DNA from: Clostridia bacterium
GTDB taxonomy: Bacteria > Bacillota > Clostridia > Christensenellales > CAG-138
Assembly (NCBI GenBank): GCA_017614315.1
Contig: JAGACA010000010.1
Coordinates: 40,511 to 104,510 of the forward strand
Direction of reading: 5' to 3'
DNA length: 64,000 bases
A program made the position numbers and the translations under genes. Shown here piece by piece: positions 54,842 to 64,000 of this stretch; positions within the stretch are counted from its first letter, which is position 1; each line of letters opens with the position of its first letter. The notes under the pieces were generated by a model. The model worked only from the letters and a program-made list of their open reading frames with translations, did no database searches and was not told the DNA's origin.

Positions 54842-55193
54842 CCTTTCGTTCCGAGCCCAATCGGTTCAGTATCTCGGAAATATGAACGGAGTACTCGATG
54901 GAATCGTCGAGCCTGAAATCGAATTTGGGGATATGCCTCAAGTCCATCCTGCGGCCGATCTCGCGCGCGATAAAGCCTTCGGCGCAGTTGAGCCTCGTGA
55001 CGGTCTCCTTCCTCACCTCGTCGTCCTTGTCATAGACGCTTATCATTACTCTGCACTGCTTGAGGTCGTTGGTCGCCTCCGCGCGCATGACGGAAGTGAG
55101 CGGAGAAATACGGGGATCCTTCATATCCCTGATGATCTCGCTTAGAGCCTTTTTGATCTCCTCGTTTATCCTGTCAAATCTGGTAAAAGCCAT
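54825..55193 (-). CDS. rbfA: ribosome-binding factor A
   Basis: RINEEIKKALSEIIRDMKDPR...VSVYD... pattern, positioned after infB. Confidence 0.9.
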   Translation of the reverse strand: MAFTRFDRINEEIKKALSEIIRDMKDPRISPLTSVMRAEATNDLKQCRVMISVYDKDDEVRKETVTRLNCAEGFIAREIGRRMDLRHIPKFDFRLDDSIEYSVHISEILNRLGSERKDDDNE

Positions 55194-55202
55194 TTCGAAA
55201 AA

Positions 55203-57800
<2,598 letters not shown>

Positions 57801-57816
57801 TATATTTACCCCCGAA

Positions 57817-58131
57817 TTACTCTTCGTTCTGAATGCGGCATTTGAGTGCCATTTCGGCAAAGCCGCTGTCCGTTATGCAGGCGACCATGCGGGCGCTTTT
57901 TCCTATCGCTTTTCCGACTCCGTCCGCGAATACGATCGGGACGCCTGCAGATCCGGTAATATCCGACCAATGCTTCTTTGTGTTCTCCGAAGCGCCCGCG
58001 TCGACCGCGGCAAGTTTTGCTCTGCCCGATCTCAGCGCCTTTTCTGCGGCAAGTTCGCCCGAGACGATCTTGCCCGCTTTCATGGCAAAGCCGAGAGCGG
58101 TGAGGAGCCTGTCTTTGTCATGATCGGTCAT
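57817..58131 (-). CDS. L7Ae/L30e family RNA-binding protein (YlxQ-like)
   Basis: [14 protein letters not shown]...[16 protein letters not shown] pattern. Canonical position between ylxR and infB. Confidence 0.8.
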   Translation of the reverse strand: MTDHDKDRLLTALGFAMKAGKIVSGELAAEKALRSGRAKLAAVDAGASENTKKHWSDITGSAGVPIVFADGVGKAIGKSARMVACITDSGFAEMALKCRIQNEE

Positions 58132-58403
58132 GCTCCCGCTTCCCGCCCTTCGATCTCGCTCTTAAGGCGTTCGAACACTTCGTCGCCGACCTTGACCTCA
58201 AGCGCACGTTCGAGAGCGCGGCTCTTGACGGCCTTTTTGAGACATTCGGGATCGGGACACAGATACGCGCCTCTGCCGTTCATCTTTCCGGTGGGATCGA
58301 AGCGACAGGAGCCGTCGTCCGTTCTGACGATCCTGATCAGCGACCTTTTTTCTTTCATAGTGCGGCATCCGACGCACATTCGCATTGGGATCTTTTTAGC
58401 CAA
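58128..58403 (-). CDS. YlxR/RnpM family (DUF448) RNA-binding protein
   Basis: PMRMCVGCRTMKEKRSLIRIV...NGRGAYLCPDPECL signature. Confidence 0.87.
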   Translation of the reverse strand: MAKKIPMRMCVGCRTMKEKRSLIRIVRTDDGSCRFDPTGKMNGRGAYLCPDPECLKKAVKSRALERALEVKVGDEVFERLKSEIEGREAGA

Positions 58404-58416
58404 TTATACGACCTCT

Positions 58417-59514
58417 TTACTCCCTGTCGGGCTCGTTTTCCTCATCCTCAAGCCCGAAATCGTTCTCGTCAAGCTCGACGTCGGACGTGGACTTGGACTT
58501 GATGTCGATCTTCCAGCCGGTAAGCTTGGCGGCGAGCCTGGCGTTCTGCCCCTCTTTGCCGATGGCAAGCGAGAGCTGATTGTCGGGAACGATGACCTTG
58601 GCTGCCTTCTCGTCCTCGTTTACATAGACCATGAGCACCCTTGCCGGGCTCAAAGCCTTTGCGATATAGACCGCGATGTCGGGATCCCACTCGATGATGT
58701 CGATCTTCTCGTTGTGGATCTCCTGAACGATACGCTCCACCCTTATGCCCTTCGGACCGACGCAGGCGCCGACGGCATCGACGTTGGGATCGAATGAAAC
58801 GACCGCGATCTTTGTCCTCTGCCCCGCCTCGCGCGCAATGGCCTTGATCTGAACGACGCCGGACTGGATCTCGGGCACCTCGAGCTCAAAGAGTTTTTTG
58901 ACAAGGTTGGGATGCGTCCTCGAAATGAGCACCTGGGGAGCTTTGTTGTTGCGCTGAGTCTTGAGAACATAGGCCTTGATCCTGTCGCCGGGAGCATAGG
59001 TCTCGCCCTGAATGACCTCGTTATAGGGGATTATGCCGTCTGTCTTGCCGAACTCGACATAAACGCCGTTCTTCTCGACGCGCTGGACGATGGCTGTGAG
59101 TATCTCGCCTTCCTTCTCGGCGAACTCGTCGAATATGGCGCCCTGCTCCGCCTCCCTGATGCGCTGGATTATTACCTGCTTTGCGGTCTGAGCTGCAATG
59201 CGGCCGAAATCCTTCGTGAACGCCTCGACCTCGAGTACGTCGCCGACCTCATAAAGGGGATTGATCTTTTTGGCCTCCTTGAGGGTGATCTCGGAATTGG
59301 GGTTCTCGATCTCCTCGACGACCGTCTTGGACGCGAAAACGCCTATCGCGCCGGTCGCGGGATCGATCGACGCGCGTACGTTGGTCGTAACGTTATAATT
59401 GCGCTTGTATGCAGAAACGAGCGCGGCTTCGATGGCGTCGATGAGCACTTCGCTCTTGATGCCGCGTTCCTTTTCGATCTGTTTCATTGCAAGTATAAGC
59501 TCGTTGGAATTCAT
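58417..59514 (-). CDS. nusA: transcription termination/antitermination factor NusA
   Basis: NTD, S1 (GDVLEVEA...) and two KH domains (GACVGPKGIRVE, AIGKEGQNARLA). Confidence 0.95.
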   Translation of the reverse strand: MNSNELILAMKQIEKERGIKSEVLIDAIEAALVSAYKRNYNVTTNVRASIDPATGAIGVFASKTVVEEIENPNSEITLKEAKKINPLYEVGDVLEVEAFTKDFGRIAAQTAKQVIIQRIREAEQGAIFDEFAEKEGEILTAIVQRVEKNGVYVEFGKTDGIIPYNEVIQGETYAPGDRIKAYVLKTQRNNKAPQVLISRTHPNLVKKLFELEVPEIQSGVVQIKAIAREAGQRTKIAVVSFDPNVDAVGACVGPKGIRVERIVQEIHNEKIDIIEWDPDIAVYIAKALSPARVLMVYVNEDEKAAKVIVPDNQLSLAIGKEGQNARLAAKLTGWKIDIKSKSTSDVELDENDFGLEDEENEPDRE

Positions 59515-59539
59515 TGTATTTTGCTCCTTAATAATAGTT

Positions 59540-60052
59540 TTAGAAGTCGATATGCGGCCTTAAGAGCGCCGCCTGTTTGATCGGGACGGTGACCGCCGCT
59601 CCGTCGCCGCCGACCGTGAACGTTTCGCTGTCGTACGACATAAGTTCAGCGGTGAAGTTCTTTTTGCCGGCATAGGGCTTTTCCTTCAGCGGCGAAAACA
59701 GCTTTACGTCGATGAGTTTGCCGAGGCTGCGTTCGTAATCCTTCATAAGCTTAAGCGGACGGTCGATACCGACAGAGCTGACAGTAAGGAGATACGCCTG
59801 CTCGATAGGATCCTTATCGTCGAGTATCGGCTCTATGGCGCGGCTTACGGTCTCGCAGTCGTCGAGGCTCACGCCCTCCGGCCTGTCGATGAATATAAGC
59901 AGTTCCCAACTGCCGTATTCCTTGTTGAACTCGACGTCATAGAGCTCGAACCCGAGCTCCTTGATCTTAGGTTCAACTAATAAAGCTACCTTCTCGGTGA
60001 TCTTCAAATCGGTTCCCGTCCTTTTGAAAATTAAAGAGCGGGTTTCGCCCAC
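59540..60052 (-). CDS. rimP: ribosome maturation factor RimP
   Basis: VEPKIKELGFELYDVEF...LLIFIDRPEGVSLDDCETVSR pattern. An alternative TTG start at 60007 would give a more typical 155 aa. Confidence 0.85.
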   Translation of the reverse strand: MGETRSLIFKRTGTDLKITEKVALLVEPKIKELGFELYDVEFNKEYGSWELLIFIDRPEGVSLDDCETVSRAIEPILDDKDPIEQAYLLTVSSVGIDRPLKLMKDYERSLGKLIDVKLFSPLKEKPYAGKKNFTAELMSYDSETFTVGGDGAAVTVPIKQAALLRPHIDF

Positions 60053-60130
60053 TCTTCACCATAAGCTTAACAGCTCATCAACACATCATACTGAAGACCG
60101 GAACTGCGCCGATCCTCAAACAGCATAGTG

Positions 60131-60159
60131 ATTTTAGCACACATTTATACAGTTTGCAA
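60131..60159 (-). promoter_or_regulatory. sigma-A-like promoter for the rimP-nusA-infB operon
   Basis: Reverse strand reads TTGCAA-17 nt-TAAAAT. Confidence 0.5.
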
Positions 60160-60355
60160 TAGTTTTTTTGTTAAAAATATCCTCTTTTACACAAATTGGA
60201 CGGTCAGCAGCCATTTTTTTACAAAGTCAGTCAAAAAGTCAAAAAGGCTCCTATGGAAATGCGGAATTTGCGGTATTACAATTTTTTATGCGGACAGGCA
60301 TCATTCTGTTGTATGCCGTCGATAATAATCTTAATGCAGTACGGAGGAATAATAA

Positions 60356-61183
60356 ATGAGCGAATACAGGGTCTTGATTGCCGACGGTAACGCCGCGTTC
60401 AGGCGCGCGGTGTCGGATTTCTTTCACACGGACAAGGATATCATCAGATTTGTAGAAGCCGCGGACGGTCAGGAGGCGTTGGAGAAGCTGCGCGAGGAGC
60501 ATTTCGACGTGCTAATCTCCGAGTTGGTCATGCCCAAGCTCGACGGTCTCGATCTTTTAGAGGCGCTGAACTTAGAACCATCGTCAAAACCCGACGTTAT
60601 AATGATCGTATCGTATATGCGCAACGACGGCCTTCTGCAGAAGGCGTTCAAGAAGGGCGCGACGTACGTCATGCTCAAGCCCATAGAGCCCGAGTATCTG
60701 TATAAGAGGATGCTCGACCTGTGCGAGAGCTCGGCCGAGGATGCCGAGAAGAACGCCGCGTTCTCCCCGACTGCAAAGACGCTTGACGAGAAGATAACGG
60801 CGGTGTTCCTTTCGGTCGGTATCCCGGCGCACATAAAGGGTTATCATTATCTGAGAGAAGCGATCAGGATGGTATTCTATAAGCCCGAACTCATAAGCCA
60901 CATCACGAAGGAGCTCTACCCCGGCATTGCAAAAAGATTCAATACTTCCCCGTCCAAGGTCGAAAGAGCCATAAGGCACGCGATCGAGGTCAGCTGGACG
61001 CGGGGCAAGATCGAAAACGTGAACAAGCTGTTCGGATTCAACGTGTACGGAAAGAACGAGAAGCCGACAAACGGAGAATTCATTGCGCTTGTCGCGGACA
61101 AGCTTATCATAGAAGACGGCCGCGCAGCTCTTGCTCCTTTTGCCGATCAGCAGAACGCTCAGACCGCCGTAAGGCGCGCGTAA
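60356..61183 (+). CDS. spo0A: sporulation master regulator Spo0A orthologue with atypical receiver domain (E56, G11)
   Basis: C-terminal Spo0A-specific effector signature [16 protein letters not shown]...[32 protein letters not shown]...[15 protein letters not shown]. The N-terminal receiver reads [11 protein letters not shown] and [14 protein letters not shown]. Confidence 0.9.
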   Translation: MSEYRVLIADGNAAFRRAVSDFFHTDKDIIRFVEAADGQEALEKLREEHFDVLISELVMPKLDGLDLLEALNLEPSSKPDVIMIVSYMRNDGLLQKAFKKGATYVMLKPIEPEYLYKRMLDLCESSAEDAEKNAAFSPTAKTLDEKITAVFLSVGIPAHIKGYHYLREAIRMVFYKPELISHITKELYPGIAKRFNTSPSKVERAIRHAIEVSWTRGKIENVNKLFGFNVYGKNEKPTNGEFIALVADKLIIEDGRAALAPFADQQNAQTAVRRA

Positions 61184-61239
61184 AGGAACGTATCCTCGGT
61201 TATTTGGAGCGGTCAAAAAGACGTCATATCGACCGTTTC

Positions 61240-61282
61240 GGGACAAGCCTTAAACGATTTAGAAGGCTCGTCCCTCTTTTCT
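61240..61282 (+). terminator. rho-independent terminator of spo0A
   Basis: GGGACAAGCCTT-11 nt-AAGGCTCGTCCC followed by TCTTTTCT. Confidence 0.7.
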
Positions 61283-61349
61283 GTAAAATTTTATTACGGC
61301 AGTGTAAATAAATTTCATATATATGCCTTGATACGGTATATGCAGTACT

Positions 61350-61427
61350 TTTTCCACATCGGGTTTGAACACTCAAAACCGTTAAAAGTGCTTGAAAAGT
61401 GGATAACTATGTGGAAACTGTGGAAAA
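61350..61427. promoter_or_regulatory. cluster of four DnaA-box-like / 0A-box-like 9-mers
   Basis: TTTTCCACA (61350-61358, 1 mismatch to TTATCCACA). On the opposite strand, AGTGGATAA (61398-61406, 1 mismatch), TGTGGAAAC (61410-61418, 2 mismatches) and TGTGGAAAA (61419-61427, 1 mismatch). The TGTGGAA cores are one base away from the Spo0A box TGTCGAA. Confidence 0.3.
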
Positions 61428-61669
61428 CTCGTTCTAAAAGGCGGTAATTATATTCGAAAGTATGTTTGAATGATGAGGGTAAAAATTTACAGGAAACTGT
61501 TTCCAACGTTTCACGAGCCTTTGGGAAACGGTCTGTTCGGGGCTCGGATACGGTTTTTGCCCGATAACATTATTTAACACAATAGCTCCGGAATAACAGC
61601 CGTGTTTCCTGTGAATGCTATTCATATATGCCCGGAATCATCAAAGGGTGTGAAAGGAGAGATTCTTAA

Positions 61670-61888
61670 ATGGATACACTTGCGCTGATACTGATAGTGA
61701 TCGGAGCCCTCAACTGGGGACTCGTGGGAATATTCCAGTTCGACCTCGTCGCCGCCATATTCGGCGGGATGAGCGGAGTATTTTCGAGGATCATCTATAC
61801 CATCGTCGGTCTTGCCGGGATCTGGGGGATAACGATGCTTTTCCGCAGACGAAACCGTGCCGGCATAATGAGCGAGCACGACGATTGA
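61670..61888 (+). CDS. DUF378 family small membrane protein
   Basis: LILIVIGALNWGLVGIFQFDLVAAIFGG signature, 72 aa, AGGAG RBS. Confidence 0.8.
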   Translation: MDTLALILIVIGALNWGLVGIFQFDLVAAIFGGMSGVFSRIIYTIVGLAGIWGITMLFRRRNRAGIMSEHDD

Positions 61889-61892
61889 CGGC

Positions 61893-61931
61893 AAAAAATA
61901 AGAGGCGGTCTCCCGCCTCTTATCCTTTTTT
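61893..61931. terminator. bidirectional terminator between the DUF378 gene (+) and pepT (-)
   Basis: aaaaaATAAGAGGCGG-tctc-CCGCCTCTTATccttttttat. Confidence 0.78.
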
Positions 61932-63150
61932 ATCGCTCGGCATATCGTCTTATAATGCCGATTATCACGCCGACAGCGTATTCCATGCCCTCCGTAGTGA
62001 TATGCTCATACGGGCCGTGGAAGGCATATCCGCCTGTTCCGAGATTCGGACAGGGCAGGCCGACGAAGCTGAGTCTCGCGCCGTCCGTGCCGCCCCTGAC
62101 GGGAGCGGTCATGGGCTTGAGGCCGAGATCGGCGACGGCCGCCTGCGCGGTCTCGACGAGATGGAAGCATGGCTTGATCTTCTCGGCCATGTTGCGGTAT
62201 TGATCCCTTATGGAGACCTTTACAGTGCCGGGGCCGTACTTTAAGTTGAGCAGTCCCTCGATACGCTTGAGGTTTTCCTTCCTCTCCTCCATTATCTCAG
62301 AGCTGTGATCCCTCAGAATGTACCCCAATTCGGCATGCTCCGTAGTGCCCTTGAACTCCTCAAGGTGATAGAAGCCCTCGTAGCCTTCCGTCTCCCTCGG
62401 GGTCTCGCCGGGCGGGAGCATCGAGTTGAATTCGCAGGCGACGAGCAGAGCGTTTATCATGATATCCTTCGCGGAGCCGGGATGCACGTTAAAGCCGTTT
62501 ATCTCGACCTGAGCGGCGGCGGCGTTGAAATTCTCGTATTCGATGACGTTCTCCGGTCCGCCGTCGACAGTATAGGCGAAAACGGCGCCGAAGTTTTCAA
62601 CGTCGAAATGATCGGCTCCGGAGCCGATCTCCTCGTCGGGAGTGAAGCCAATGAGTATCCTGCCGTGAGGTATTCCCTCGCCGATGATCCTTTCGGCTGC
62701 GGTAATGATCTCCGCGACGCCGGCCTTGTCGTCTCCGCCCAAAAGGCTCGTCCCGTCGGTGACGATGAGCGTTCGCCCCCTGAGGTTTTCAAGATGCGGG
62801 AACTCCGCGGGGCTGAGGATCCTGCCGCTGTCGCCGAGCAAGACCTTTTTGCCGTCATAGTTCTCGATAATGCGCGGACGGACATTCTCGCCGTTGAAAT
62901 CGGGAGCAGTATCCATGTGGGCGATAAAACCGATCGCAGGCGCGTTCTCGTATCCCTCTGACGCGGGGACAGAACCGTAGACGTAGCACATATCGTCGAC
63001 GCGGGCGTCAGCGACGCCGATCGACTTCAGCTCCTCGACAAGGATATTTGCGAGATCGAACTGCCTTTTTGACGAAGGGACGGTTTCCGACTCGGGATCC
63101 GACTTGGTATGCACCTTAACGTATTTCAAAAGCCTTTCGTAAGCTTTCAC
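61930..63150 (-). CDS. pepT: peptidase T (tripeptide aminopeptidase, M20B)
   Basis: KAYERLLKYVKVHTKSDPES N-terminus, HMDTAPD, GGDDKAG and GFTPDEEIG motifs. Start set at the GTG at 63150 (GGAGG 6 nt upstream). The track ATG at 63219 lies inside the gap terminator hairpin. Confidence 0.9.
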   Translation of the reverse strand: MKAYERLLKYVKVHTKSDPESETVPSSKRQFDLANILVEELKSIGVADARVDDMCYVYGSVPASEGYENAPAIGFIAHMDTAPDFNGENVRPRIIENYDGKKVLLGDSGRILSPAEFPHLENLRGRTLIVTDGTSLLGGDDKAGVAEIITAAERIIGEGIPHGRILIGFTPDEEIGSGADHFDVENFGAVFAYTVDGGPENVIEYENFNAAAAQVEINGFNVHPGSAKDIMINALLVACEFNSMLPPGETPRETEGYEGFYHLEEFKGTTEHAELGYILRDHSSEIMEERKENLKRIEGLLNLKYGPGTVKVSIRDQYRNMAEKIKPCFHLVETAQAAVADLGLKPMTAPVRGGTDGARLSFVGLPCPNLGTGGYAFHGPYEHITTEGMEYAVGVIIGIIRRYAER

Positions 63151-63185
63151 AGGACGCCTCCATTCTAAAACGGGGATAAAGCTTT

Positions 63186-63216
63186 GACAAAAGCGTCCGC
63201 AGTTAAGCGGACGCTT
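63186..63216 (-). terminator. rho-independent terminator of gap
   Basis: AAGCGTCCGC-agttaa-GCGGACGCTT. The reverse strand is followed by TTTTG. Confidence 0.65.
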
Positions 63217-63228
63217 CATTATCGGTGG

Positions 63229-64000
<772 letters not shown>

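Noticed and set aside
60225-60290. SigH-type promoter upstream of spo0A (AAAGGCTCC ... GCGGAATTT), by analogy with B. subtilis spo0A Ps
   Set aside because: The -10-like GAAT element is present, but the -35 match is poor and the spacer (9 nt) is shorter than the 11-12 nt expected. This is not enough to call. The direct repeat AGTCAAAAAG x2 (about 60227-60246) is likewise unexplained.
61350-61427. Chromosomal replication origin (oriC)
   Set aside because: There are only four imperfect DnaA boxes, I identified no AT-rich 13-mer/DUE array, and no dnaA, dnaN, rpmH or gidA/parB context is present. I keep it as a possible secondary DnaA-box cluster or regulatory site only.
61315-61625. Two 63-aa minus-strand ORFs in the spo0A-DUF378 intergenic region
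   Set aside because: They have no RBS. They sit in AT-rich DNA with composition unlike the window's genes, and their translations have no recognisable features. They are probably non-coding.

Overview
This is a 64-kb chromosomal window from a GC-rich Gram-positive anaerobe. The gene content includes the ptb-buk butyrate pathway, rnfCDGEAB, spo0A, the Firmicutes-type strings yloU-yloV-recG and rimP-nusA-ylxR-ylxQ-infB-rbfA-nrnA-truB-rpsO-pnp, and dockerin-bearing secreted proteins. This points to Clostridia, probably Oscillospiraceae/Ruminococcaceae-like, but the taxon is inference only. I call 66 CDS, of which two are cut by the window edges (ppdK at 1-831 and gap at 63229-64000). I also call one tRNA-Val(CAC) and a set of sigma-A-like promoters and hairpin terminators read by eye. 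I saw no rRNA, CRISPR array, transposase, integrase, phage or plasmid gene, and no known defence system. Most of the window is core housekeeping: replication and transcription (dnaG-sigA), cell wall (class A PBP), the ECF transporter module plus truA, recG, Rnf, the translation/nusA-infB operon, pnp, pepT and gap. The stretches I rank highest for a second look are listed here.
- A Spo0A orthologue whose phospho-acceptor Asp is replaced by Glu (60356-61183).
- A tandem pair of diverged paralogues encoding dockerin-tagged, clan-CD-like (His-Gly...Ala/Phe-Cys) putative cysteine peptidases (43378-47447).
- An uncharacterised DUF1538 membrane protein followed by two P-II-like genes (38518-40790).
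- A TruB-riboflavin kinase fusion that lacks the FAD-synthetase half of RibF (52560-53864).
- rnfCDGEAB extended by a NusG-II-like gene and a Gx-transporter-like gene (25667-31502).
- A 390-bp non-coding stretch with clustered DnaA-box/0A-box-like motifs downstream of spo0A (61283-61669).
- A small accessory block of acetyltransferase and kinase genes that includes an AAC(6')-I-like gene (19150-21890).
I cannot point to one clearly new multi-gene system with confidence. All family names come from motif recognition and recalled reference sequences, because no BLAST, HMM or Rfam search was possible. Start codons are refined by eye from RBS spacing, and the ORF track translates GTG/TTG starts as M.
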